From a virus (Duplodnaviria > Heunggongvirae > Uroviricota > Caudoviricetes): 64,000 bases of DNA. Location of the stretch: the IMG/VR virus record IMGVR_UViG_3300042889_001305. One strand, given 5' to 3'. The notes below the pieces were generated by a model, which was not told the origin of the DNA, made no database searches, and saw only the letters and a list, made by a program, of their open reading frames with translations. The stretch's first letter is position 1; each line of letters starts with the position of its first letter. Positions 54,000-63,485 of the stretch are shown one piece after another. The position numbers were made by a program, and so were the translations under genes.

Positions 54000-55605
54000 G
54001 TCCAGTTTCTAATTTATTAATTTTGTTTGATAAATCTTCGATTTGCTTTTGTTGTTCTTTTATACCTTCGATTAATAGAGCAACTAATTTGTCATATTTA
54101 ACCGCTTTATATCCATTATCACGAGTTACAACTAACTGTGGTAATACTTCTTCAATTTCTTGTGCGATTACACCGACATCGTTTCCTTCAAATCCATGTA
54201 TATCTTTATTTTCTGCTTTCCAATCGTATGTGTTACCACTAATCATTTTGATTTTTTCGATTGGAGATTGAATTGTTGTAATATTTTCTTTGAAACGAAT
54301 ATCTGAAGCAGAGAATGCTGTAATATCACCCGTTGCAGTTATTGCTCCGTTAATTGTTAAACCTGCGAAAGTTGGGGATGATGAAGTTAAAACTGCTTGG
54401 TTTAATACTGAACCATATCCTGTTGTAGATGATAGAGTTACTTGAGATGAACCACTAACCACACCAGTTGGTAAAATTGCAGTGACACTACCTGCGGTTA
54501 CTGTTCCTATTGTTGTAATAGAATCATCACCACTATATGTTCCACCCGCAACAGCTGCCAATGTAGCGTTATATGCTTGAACATCTGAACCGATTGCTAC
54601 TCCTAAGTTAGTTCTAGCAGTACCTGTATTTGTTAAATCTGATAAATTTGATGACTTTGATAATTTACCATCTACTAAAGTATTTAAAGTAGAATCACCA
54701 CTTGCAAGTGATGCAGAAATTTCTAATAAAGTATCAAACGCTGCACTAGCACCACCGATTAAATCAGTTAATTCTTGTTGAACGTATGCAGTAGTAGCAA
54801 TTTGAGTTGAATTTGTATTTACTGCAGCAGTTGGTGCTATTGGAGTACCTGTAAATTCAGGAGAAGTAAACATTGTTGCTTTACTTTCATTTGTTACGTT
54901 TCCTAAACTAACATGAGTAGCAGTTACACCACTAACAGTTCCAGTAAATGTAGGAGAAGTAAACATTGTTGCTTTACTTTCATTTGTTACGTTTCCTAAT
55001 GATAAGAAAGTTTTAACATTTGAAGCCGAACCACTTACTACTGCTAATGAATTGTTATATGCTAAAACATTTTCATCAAAATTAGTAATCGAATCTGCGT
55101 TTACTTGTGAACTACCACTAACAACGCCAGTTGGTAATGTTGAAGTAAGTTGTGCAGAACCAGAGATTACACCGGTTGGTAACAATTCAGTTACTTGAGT
55201 AGAACCACTTACAATTCCAGCTGGGATTGAAGAGATACTAGCATAAGTTATTTGAGATGACCCACTAACCAATCCTCTACCCTTTGTTTCATAAGATGAA
55301 GTTGCAGAGTTTAAGTTTGAAAGTTGTGTATCAACTGATGCGGTATAAACTGCAAGAGTTGAGTTCTTAGTTTCTAACGATGATGTATACGATTCAATTA
55401 AATCTAATCTAGCATCTTGAGAGCCAGTATCAATATTTAATTGTTGAATTTTAGTTTCTAATGATGCAGAAAAAGTCTTAGGGTCTCCCAAACCTGCAAC
55501 TGAACCACTAAACGAACCACTATATATACCATTATCTGGTAAGGTGAATGTTGCACCATTTGCAAAGGTTAGTGAACCTGAAATTATGGGACTATGTATT
55601 ATCAT
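53995..55605 (-). CDS. Tail fibre protein with a C-terminal intramolecular chaperone (peptidase S74-like) domain
   Basis: The C-terminus SASDIRFKENITTIQSPIEKI...YDWK...GVIAQEIEEVLPQLV...YKAVKYDKLVALLIEGIKEQQKQIEDL carries the SDxRxKxNI autocleavage motif. The N-terminus is repeat-rich (S/T/G). Confidence 0.7.
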   Translation of the reverse strand: MIIHSPIISGSLTFANGATFTLPDNGIYSGSFSGSVAGLGDPKTFSASLETKIQQLNIDTGSQDARLDLIESYTSSLETKNSTLAVYTASVDTQLSNLNSATSSYETKGRGLVSGSSQITYASISSIPAGIVSGSTQVTELLPTGVISGSAQLTSTLPTGVVSGSSQVNADSITNFDENVLAYNNSLAVVSGSASNVKTFLSLGNVTNESKATMFTSPTFTGTVSGVTATHVSLGNVTNESKATMFTSPEFTGTPIAPTAAVNTNSTQIATTAYVQQELTDLIGGASAAFDTLLEISASLASGDSTLNTLVDGKLSKSSNLSDLTNTGTARTNLGVAIGSDVQAYNATLAAVAGGTYSGDDSITTIGTVTAGSVTAILPTGVVSGSSQVTLSSTTGYGSVLNQAVLTSSSPTFAGLTINGAITATGDITAFSASDIRFKENITTIQSPIEKIKMISGNTYDWKAENKDIHGFEGNDVGVIAQEIEEVLPQLVVTRDNGYKAVKYDKLVALLIEGIKEQQKQIEDLSNKINKLETGL

Positions 55606-55651
55606 CGCTTTTGATTTTTTTTTATTTTATTTACTAATAAATATATTTTTT

Positions 55652-56296
55652 TTAAATTGAACCGCCATCTATACTAGATATTGTTGTTGCATTTGCTGTT
55701 CCTGTCACATCTCCGCTCAATGTTATTTGAGCCGAACCACTAAATAAACCAAGTACATTTACTTGATTTGTTACTGAAGCATCAAAACCTATAATTTTAC
55801 TCGAATCAATCGAACCACTAAGAATATGACCACCTTTTGCTACAACTACATAACCACTTCTAGCGGATTCGAATGTAATTGTTATAGTATTATCGTCAGT
55901 ATGTCTTAATGTTGATGGGATTATTTGATATCCTTCTGCATCAAACACTTGTGCTATTGCATTGGGAGTATTCAAATTATGGTTAACTACCCAACTTGAT
56001 GAAGCAGTAAAAGAACGTTGAACTGTTGCTGCTTGTGCAACTGTTATATTTTCTAACCCACTACCATCACCTTTAAAAAATGATGCGGTAATTGAACCTG
56101 TTATATTAAGGTTACCAGCAATGGCAGTTGAAGTATTAGTTGTTACTAATGATTCTATCGAATCTACTGAACCTGACTTTCTAAAAAATACCTTACCATC
56201 GGTAACGTTCATTGCTATTTCACCATATTGTAGTGAACCAGTTTCAGGTATTGCTCCAGCGGTCGTTGACCTTTTGAATTTAATAATTTGTGCCAT
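55652..56296 (-). CDS. Short tail fibre protein
   Basis: It shares the N-terminus MAQIIKFKR with the other fibres. 214 aa. Its start overlaps the stop of the 1295 aa fibre by 1 nt. Confidence 0.6.
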   Translation of the reverse strand: MAQIIKFKRSTTAGAIPETGSLQYGEIAMNVTDGKVFFRKSGSVDSIESLVTTNTSTAIAGNLNITGSITASFFKGDGSGLENITVAQAATVQRSFTASSSWVVNHNLNTPNAIAQVFDAEGYQIIPSTLRHTDDNTITITFESARSGYVVVAKGGHILSGSIDSSKIIGFDASVTNQVNVLGLFSGSAQITLSGDVTGTANATTISSIDGGSI

Positions 56297-59200
56297 TAAT
56301 TTTCTATTTTGGTTTTTAAATATTCCACTTGTTTGGTTAATTCCTTAATACCTTCAATTAAAACGGATACTAATTTATCATATTTAACTGCTTTGTAACC
56401 ATTTTCTCTTGTTTGTACTAATTCTGGGAATACTTCTTCAATTTCTTGAGCGATTACTCCGTAATCTTTACCACTATAAATAGATTGCAACTCATCATTC
56501 CATTCAAACTCACAGCCATTAATTTTAGAAATCTTTTCTAATGGGGATTCGATTGGTTTGATATTATTTTTTAATCTAATATCTGATGATGCAAAAGCAA
56601 CAATATCACCACCTGCATTGATACCACCACTTACCCCTATACCACCTGTTACGATAAATGCACCAGTTGTTTTATCAGTCGATGCGGTAGCATTTGAAAT
56701 GGTAATTGCATTTGTTGTAGATGCACCGGTATCAGTTATTTGTTGTAATGTTCTTGTTACTTGTGATGAACCTGAAATTACTCCATCAACATCTAATTTA
56801 GCTTTAACGTTTGAATCAAAGTTTGTAATTGAATCAGCATCTACTTGAGATGAACCTGAAACTACTCCGCTTGGTAACAATAATATAATTTGTGAACTTC
56901 CACTAACTACTCCCGAAGGTAGTGTTGCGGTAAGTTGCGATGAACCCGATATTACTCCGTTTGTAGCGTTTATTACTCCATTAAATGAAGTTGCAATTAC
57001 ATCACCTATTGTTGTAAGTGAACCTGTTATTTGAACTGAACCTGTAAATTCATGTGTATCATTTCCAAAATCACCAAACCTATTAGAGCCACTACTGAAT
57101 ATAACCGATGCAGTTTCACTAATTGTTGTTAAATTAACAATAGTTAAATCCGTAATAGTTGTTCCACTTAATTGAGATGAACCAGAAATTATTCCGGCTG
57201 GGATTGATGAAATATCTGCGTATATTATTTGAGAACTACCACTAACAATTCCTGCTGGAATAGAACTAATGTTTGCATATGTTATTTGAGAACTTCCACT
57301 TACCAACCCACTTCCACCAAATATTTGAGAACTTCCACTAACAATTCCTCTACCATTTGTTTCGTAAGATGAAGTTGCACTATTTAAATTTGATATATGA
57401 GAATCAATCGAAGCTGTATAAATAGCAAGAGTTGAATTCTTTGTATCTTGTGAAGATGTATATGAATTTAATGAGGTTAATGGAATTAATCTAGCATCAA
57501 CACCATTTGTGAAATGTGTAGAACCAGTATTTAATGTAAGAGTTACATCACCTGATAATCCTCCTCCACCTAAACCATCACCTGCACTTACCGATAAAAT
57601 GTCTGCAACAGCTGCTGCAGCTAAAAGTTCTTCGGTTCTCCAATCTATATATTTTTTTGTTGCTCCTGCAGTGAGTAAATGATTATTTGTATAATTAATA
57701 CTTCCACTTACTAATACTACATCAACCGATGATGTTACATTATAAAATGCGGCTGAACCTAATGATACTAACGGATTTGCACCCAATAAAGTAGCAAAAG
57801 ATGCCGATGGTGCATATCTTAAATCATATGAACCAGTCAATTGTTGTGAACCACTAACTACACCAGTTGGTAATAATGATGGTATCTGTGAAGAACCACT
57901 AACTATGCCCGCCGGAATTGATGATAATGATGTGTATACTACTTGAGATGAACCACTTACTACTCCATTTGTTGCGTTGATTTCGCCGATGATTGAACCA
58001 GTAAATCCTGCTGATGCACTTACTGCACCTGTTACATTTAACGAAGAACCAACAAATACACCATTTACACCAACAATAGAAACTGTTTGTGCACTATCAT
58101 CTATTTTTAAGTAATTGGTATCGTCACCAAAGTAGTTGAAATCTGTATTACCTTTAAAGTGAATATCATTACCCGAAGGTGCAGCAGTATTATAAATTTG
58201 AAAATATCTTGCATCATTAACATCAGGTTGTAAAAATATATTTCCAATACCTTTAATTTCATTAGTTACTATTAAAGAAGAACTTATTATTTGCTCACCT
58301 TTAAATGTATTTGAACCGGTTGTTGCAAATGAACCAGTTAAATTTTGTAATGTTAAATTCTTAGTATCTAAACTTGATGTATAATTTCCTAAAGTTAAGT
58401 TCTTAGTATCTTGTGAAGATGTGTAAGAATTTAATGATGAAGTTGATTCGTGTATTCTAGCTAAATCTAAATCAATTGAAGCAGTATAATTTCCTAAAGT
58501 TGAATTCTTAGTATCTTGTGAAGATGTGTATGAATTTAATGATTTTATTCTATCATCAACTGATTGTGAATATGTTGAAAAATTAGTTACATCATTTAAA
58601 TTTATTTGAATTGATGATGATATAACACCTTCTACATTTAATCTTGTTTTAATACCACTTACATAATTTGTAGTTGATGTTAAATCAATCTGTGATGAAC
58701 CAGAAACTACACTATCACCTTCAGCTAAAAGTATTTTAGATTCAGCACCTAATTTACCACTTTTCCAATAATCATTAACCGAATCCCAAAGTAAAGAACC
58801 TGATATCGTTGATACTGCAGTTGGGTCTTTAACTAATAAACCACCATTTGCTGCTCCCGTACCATTTAATTCGATAATGTTATCACCTAATTGAATTGTA
58901 TTTGAATCTAATGTAGTTTGTGTTCCTTTAACAACTAAGTTTCCTAAAATTGTTACAGATGAACCAGTTAATTCAATTGCATTTTTTAATGATTGAGTAT
59001 ATGATAAAACTGATGCGGTTACATTTAATAATGTTTCCCATTTAGTATCAATTGAAGCAGTATAAATTGCTAAAGTTGAATTCTTAATTGATTGAGACCA
59101 TAAAGTATCATCAACCGAACTACTTTTTAGTTCTAAATTATTTAATCTACCATTAACACTTTCAGTATAAATTCCAAGTGTTGAATTCTTAGTATCTTGT

Positions 59201-60183
59201 GATTGCGTATAAGAATTTAATGAAGCCGTTGCTGATAAAATCGATGAGGTTACATTTAATAATGTTTCCCATTTCGTATCAATCGAACCAGTATAAATTG
59301 CAAGAGTACTATTTTTAGTATCTTGTGATTGTGTATAAGAATTTAATGATGATGTTGCAGATAAAATTGATGCGGTTACATTTAATAATGTTTCCCATTT
59401 AGTATCAATTGAAGCCGTATAATTTGCAAGAGTACTATTTTTAGTATCTTGTGATTGCGTATAAGAATTTAATGAAGCAGTTGCAGATAAAATTGATGCG
59501 GTTACATTTAATAATGTTTCCCATTTAGTATCAATTGAAGCCGTATAAAGTTCTAAACTTGCAGTATAATTTCCTAAAGTTGAATTTTTAGTATCTTGTG
59601 AAGATGTGTAAGAATTTAGTGATGCGGTTGCTGATAAAATCGATGAGGTTACATTTAATAATGTTTCCCATTTAGTATCAATTGAACCAGTATAATTTGC
59701 TAAAGTTAAATTTTTATCATTAATACTTCCAGTATAAGTTGCAAATGATGTATTGGATGATGATAAAATACCACTTCCTGGTACGGATATATTATCTATT
59801 GATGCAGAAACTGCATATAAATTTTTCCATTTACGAGTATCACTACCTAAATCGTATTGATTTGATGCAGAAGGTATTAATGAACCACTCACTTGTGCAG
59901 TAACGATTATATTATCACTACCACTATCACCTAAATAAATATTTCCACTTAATCTTACATCTCTTGCGGTTAAATCACCACTTAAAAGGATATTAGAAGC
60001 AGAAATATCACCAACTAAATTTATGTTACCATATGCGGGTGCACCTAATGGTAATAATGTATATGTACTTGAACCACTTCCAAATTGGATTGAACCCGAA
60101 CTTTGATGTAAATATAATTCACTCTCATCTAATGATGGAGATGCATTAGATGTACCTCTTCGTAATTGTAATATTGCAGCCAT
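56296..60183 (-). CDS. Large tail fibre protein with tandem 42-aa repeats and a C-terminal S74 intramolecular chaperone domain
   Basis: Repeats of SQDTKNSTLANYTASIDTKWETLLNVTASILSATASLNSYTQ. The shared LLVKD..SGSLLWDSVNDYWKSG module is present. The C-terminus has ASSDIRLKNNIKPIESPLEKI...GVIAQEIEEVFPELV...YKAVKYDKLVSVLIEGIKEL. Confidence 0.75.
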   Translation of the reverse strand: MAAILQLRRGTSNASPSLDESELYLHQSSGSIQFGSGSSTYTLLPLGAPAYGNINLVGDISASNILLSGDLTARDVRLSGNIYLGDSGSDNIIVTAQVSGSLIPSASNQYDLGSDTRKWKNLYAVSASIDNISVPGSGILSSSNTSFATYTGSINDKNLTLANYTGSIDTKWETLLNVTSSILSATASLNSYTSSQDTKNSTLGNYTASLELYTASIDTKWETLLNVTASILSATASLNSYTQSQDTKNSTLANYTASIDTKWETLLNVTASILSATSSLNSYTQSQDTKNSTLAIYTGSIDTKWETLLNVTSSILSATASLNSYTQSQDTKNSTLGIYTESVNGRLNNLELKSSSVDDTLWSQSIKNSTLAIYTASIDTKWETLLNVTASVLSYTQSLKNAIELTGSSVTILGNLVVKGTQTTLDSNTIQLGDNIIELNGTGAANGGLLVKDPTAVSTISGSLLWDSVNDYWKSGKLGAESKILLAEGDSVVSGSSQIDLTSTTNYVSGIKTRLNVEGVISSSIQINLNDVTNFSTYSQSVDDRIKSLNSYTSSQDTKNSTLGNYTASIDLDLARIHESTSSLNSYTSSQDTKNLTLGNYTSSLDTKNLTLQNLTGSFATTGSNTFKGEQIISSSLIVTNEIKGIGNIFLQPDVNDARYFQIYNTAAPSGNDIHFKGNTDFNYFGDDTNYLKIDDSAQTVSIVGVNGVFVGSSLNVTGAVSASAGFTGSIIGEINATNGVVSGSSQVVYTSLSSIPAGIVSGSSQIPSLLPTGVVSGSQQLTGSYDLRYAPSASFATLLGANPLVSLGSAAFYNVTSSVDVVLVSGSINYTNNHLLTAGATKKYIDWRTEELLAAAAVADILSVSAGDGLGGGGLSGDVTLTLNTGSTHFTNGVDARLIPLTSLNSYTSSQDTKNSTLAIYTASIDSHISNLNSATSSYETNGRGIVSGSSQIFGGSGLVSGSSQITYANISSIPAGIVSGSSQIIYADISSIPAGIISGSSQLSGTTITDLTIVNLTTISETASVIFSSGSNRFGDFGNDTHEFTGSVQITGSLTTIGDVIATSFNGVINATNGVISGSSQLTATLPSGVVSGSSQIILLLPSGVVSGSSQVDADSITNFDSNVKAKLDVDGVISGSSQVTRTLQQITDTGASTTNAITISNATASTDKTTGAFIVTGGIGVSGGINAGGDIVAFASSDIRLKNNIKPIESPLEKISKINGCEFEWNDELQSIYSGKDYGVIAQEIEEVFPELVQTRENGYKAVKYDKLVSVLIEGIKELTKQVEYLKTKIEN
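58960..59720. repeat. Coding tandem repeats (about 120-126 bp unit, 5-6 copies) inside the 1295 aa fibre gene
   Basis: The near-identical block tgatgcggttacatttaataatgtttcccatttagtatcaattgaag recurs at about 59011, 59251, 59372, 59492 and 59641. Confidence 0.7.
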
Positions 60184-60290
60184 TAATTGAAATTTCCTAT
60201 TTTATTTCCTATAAATATAGATATTTAATAAAATGTAAGTAAGATATAATAGTTATACCACCTATATAAGTATTGAAAAATAAAAAGATA

Positions 60291-60328
60291 AAAAAAATCC
60301 CCCACTATTGTGAGGGATTTTGATTTTT
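60291..60328 (-). terminator. Rho-independent terminator between the 1005 aa and 1295 aa fibre genes
   Basis: Stem atcccccac / gtgagggat (one mismatch) with loop tattg. An A8 run precedes it on the plus strand, giving a U8 run after the hairpin on the minus transcript. Confidence 0.6.
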
Positions 60329-60341
60329 TATTTATTCCGTA

Positions 60342-63300
60342 TTAGAAAGTTCCACCATCTAATTCGTTTGAAGCAATGAATGATGAACCATTCCATTGAA
60401 TCAAATCACCAGCGTTTGATGGAGTTACTGAGATTAACTTTTTAGAACCATTCGATACTACGAATGAGTTAGCAGTTAATCCGGTAATTACCAAATCAGT
60501 TCCAATAGTTACTTTAACAGCATCATCAGAAATTTGAGAATTTACAAATAATCCACTTGCTCCTACTACTTGAACCGAACCTGATGTTGGAGTTGCACTG
60601 AATCTAGCAAGTTCTTTTTCAGAACCTAACGCTCCAGCTTTCCAATAATCAGATGTAGAATCCCAAAGTAAAGAACCAGATGCAGTGTTTGGATTGGTAA
60701 CATCTTTTACTAATAAACCACCATTTGCTGCTCCACTTCCGTTCAATTCGATGATGTTATCACCAATTTGTACGGTCGTTGAATCAACTGTTGTAGTTGT
60801 ACCTTGAACATATAAGTTACCAGCGATTGTTACTGAATCTGCGGTTGAGTTACCTAAGAAAACATCACCATTTGCAGTAAATGAACCAGAAACCGTTACG
60901 TTATCAGGTAAACCGATAGTTACTGTCCCACCTGAACCTAAAGTTACTGAACCACCTGTGATTTCAATTTCATTAGCTGTTCCTTGTACGGTCAATGAAG
61001 TATTACCTTCTACTGCAGTACCAGATGTTGAACCATAATCCACTTTTAATGAATTATCACCACCATCTAAAGAAAGACCAGTTCCAGCAACATCAGCGTT
61101 TAAAGTTGCTGCGGTTACACCATTTGCTTTAATTGCAACGTTACCAGAAGTTACATCAAAGTTAGTAGATGAGAATGAAGCAACACCTTTTGCAGATGTA
61201 CTTGCATTATCAGCTGTAATTGTAATTGTATTACCGGTTACTGCTGCAGAGATTGAATTTGAACCCGTTACTAATAACGCTTCAGTTTTCAAATTAAGAG
61301 TATCATTACCAGTAGAACCACTAAATGCTAATGTACTTGCAATACCTGTTAAGTTACTACCATCTCCTGAGAATGTTCCAAAATGTGAACCACTAAATGA
61401 ACCACTTGCAGATACATTTGTTAATGTTGCAAGATTGATTGTAGTTGAATCCAATTGAGAAGAACCAGAAACGATTCCTGCAGGGATTGAAGATATATTT
61501 GCGTATGTAATTTGAGATGAACCCGAAACTACTGTTTCTGCATCTAATTTAGCTTTAACATTTTCATCAAAATTAGTAATTGAATCTGCATTTACTTGTG
61601 CAGAACTACTAAATAATCCACTTCCGCCTAATATTTGAGATGAACCAGAAACTATACCATTTGTAGCGTTAATTGCTCCGTATACGTTAGTTGCGTAAAC
61701 ATTAGCAAATAATCTAGTATCAGAACCTAAACTACGAACATTAGAACCAGAAGGTATAATATCTGAAGTTAAATCTGCTGCGAATGATACTGTATCAGTT
61801 GTAGCATCACCAATTGTGATATTACCACCTAAAGTTAAGTTACCATCAATTTTAGCGTTTCCTGTGATATTCAAAGATGAACCTGAAATACCAGCAAGAT
61901 TCACATTTGAACCTGATAAGTTTGCAACTACTTGTGCTGAACCACTTACAATTCCACCTGGTTTACCATTAAGGTTTTCCCATGTAGCTGCTGCGGTTGA
62001 TGCACTGATTGCTGTTGCTACTGAACTACTATAATCAGTAAATCCAGTTGTTGATGAAATTGTAATTTGAGATGAACCCGAAACTACTGAATCGCCACCT
62101 GCTAAAAGAATTTTAATTTCAGAATCTTTAACTCCAGCCTTCCAGTAATCATTTGTAGTATCCCACAATAGAGAACCAGTTGCAGTGTTTGGTGCGGTTG
62201 CATCTTTTACATATAAACCACCATTTGCTGCTGCCGAACCATTCAATTCGATAATATTATCACCGATTTGAACCGTTGTAGAATCAACAATAGTTTGTGT
62301 TCCTGCTACTGTAAAGTTACCAGGAATAGTTACATTACCACTAAATGTTACATCTGCACCACTTGCAGTAAATGCTGCTCTTAATGATGAAGTGTATGAA
62401 TTGATAGCAGAAAGACTAGTATCAACTGATGCAGTATAAGTTGCTAAAGTTGAATCTTTACTTTCTTGAGAACTACTAAATGTATTTAATGCACTTAATA
62501 TACCAACTACTTGAGATGAACCTGAAACTACTCCATCAGCATCTAATTTAGCTTTAACATTTTCATCAAAATTAGTAATTGAATCCGCATCTACTTGTGA
62601 AGAACCAGAAACGGTCCCCGTTGGTAATAATGGAATGATACCTGCTGAACCTGAAATTACTCCATCAGCATCTAATTTAGATTTAACGTTTGAATCAAAG
62701 TTAGTAATCGAATCTGCATCAATTTGAGATGAACCCGATACTAATGTTGGTAATGAACTAATTTCACTAAAAGTTACTTGAGAAGAACCACTAACAATTC
62801 CCGCTGGAATTGAAGAGATACTTACATAAGATATTTGTGAAGAACCCGATACTGTACCGGTTGGTAATAATGGGATGATACCAGCTGAACCTGAAATTAC
62901 ACCGTCAGCATCTAATTTAGCTTTAACGTTTTCATCAAAGTTAGTGATTGAATCCGCATCTACTTGTGCAGAACTTGAAATAGTTCCAGTCGGTAATAAA
63001 GCAGCAACTTGACCAGAACCTGAAACGATTCCTGTTCCGCCAGTATTTGCTGTTGCTTTTACCTCAACATTACCACCTTTATTAACGATGAATAATTTTT
63101 CAGTTGATGTGTTATAAAATGGAATACCATCTATTGAGGTATCATATGTTGCTCCTGTTAAATCAGGTGTTGCAGTTCCTTGTAAAATTTTATTTGCGGG
63201 AGTTACTGTTGAACCATCAATACCTACGAATAAGATTGAGTTACCATTAGTTGCTGTGATTCCTGCTGAACCCGTTACAACTAATAATTCACCTGCTCTT

Positions 63301-63359
63301 TTTGTAGCACTTGATACGGATTCTAACGAACCCCTCCTATGTTTAATTATTTGTGCCAT
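60342..63359 (-). CDS. Tail fibre protein (1005 aa) with repeated DADSITNFDENVKAKLDADGVISGS units and two copies of the shared LLVKD..SGSLLWD module
   Basis: The N-terminus MAQIIKHRR is shared with the other fibres. It has a repetitive S/G/T-rich beta architecture. Confidence 0.7.
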   Translation of the reverse strand: MAQIIKHRRGSLESVSSATKRAGELLVVTGSAGITATNGNSILFVGIDGSTVTPANKILQGTATPDLTGATYDTSIDGIPFYNTSTEKLFIVNKGGNVEVKATANTGGTGIVSGSGQVAALLPTGTISSSAQVDADSITNFDENVKAKLDADGVISGSAGIIPLLPTGTVSGSSQISYVSISSIPAGIVSGSSQVTFSEISSLPTLVSGSSQIDADSITNFDSNVKSKLDADGVISGSAGIIPLLPTGTVSGSSQVDADSITNFDENVKAKLDADGVVSGSSQVVGILSALNTFSSSQESKDSTLATYTASVDTSLSAINSYTSSLRAAFTASGADVTFSGNVTIPGNFTVAGTQTIVDSTTVQIGDNIIELNGSAAANGGLYVKDATAPNTATGSLLWDTTNDYWKAGVKDSEIKILLAGGDSVVSGSSQITISSTTGFTDYSSSVATAISASTAAATWENLNGKPGGIVSGSAQVVANLSGSNVNLAGISGSSLNITGNAKIDGNLTLGGNITIGDATTDTVSFAADLTSDIIPSGSNVRSLGSDTRLFANVYATNVYGAINATNGIVSGSSQILGGSGLFSSSAQVNADSITNFDENVKAKLDAETVVSGSSQITYANISSIPAGIVSGSSQLDSTTINLATLTNVSASGSFSGSHFGTFSGDGSNLTGIASTLAFSGSTGNDTLNLKTEALLVTGSNSISAAVTGNTITITADNASTSAKGVASFSSTNFDVTSGNVAIKANGVTAATLNADVAGTGLSLDGGDNSLKVDYGSTSGTAVEGNTSLTVQGTANEIEITGGSVTLGSGGTVTIGLPDNVTVSGSFTANGDVFLGNSTADSVTIAGNLYVQGTTTTVDSTTVQIGDNIIELNGSGAANGGLLVKDVTNPNTASGSLLWDSTSDYWKAGALGSEKELARFSATPTSGSVQVVGASGLFVNSQISDDAVKVTIGTDLVITGLTANSFVVSNGSKKLISVTPSNAGDLIQWNGSSFIASNELDGGTF

Positions 63360-63485
63360 TGTTTTCCTTCTTTGTTTTTTTAATTTAAATGATAACCTTT
63401 ATTTTTTTGGTTGTAAGGACATATGCCTAAATAATAAAACACTATGTAGTGTTATGAATATAAGTATGAAGATATTTTAGATTTA

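Noticed and set aside
58960-59720. Possible CRISPR-like array suggested by regularly spaced near-identical blocks.
   Set aside because: The repeats are about 120-126 bp units, in frame and coding, inside the 1295 aa fibre gene. There are no short repeat-plus-unique-spacer units and no cas genes.
209-63480. All plus-strand ORFs in the six-frame track (e.g. 209-493, 5973-6218, 7254-7565, 11211-11684, 41228-41986, 43168-43359, 56558-56848, 61816-62034).
   Set aside because: Each lies antisense inside a longer minus-strand gene that has recognisable domains or context. Their products are low-complexity, as expected from the reverse strand of AT-rich coding DNA. None has a promoter or SD of its own.
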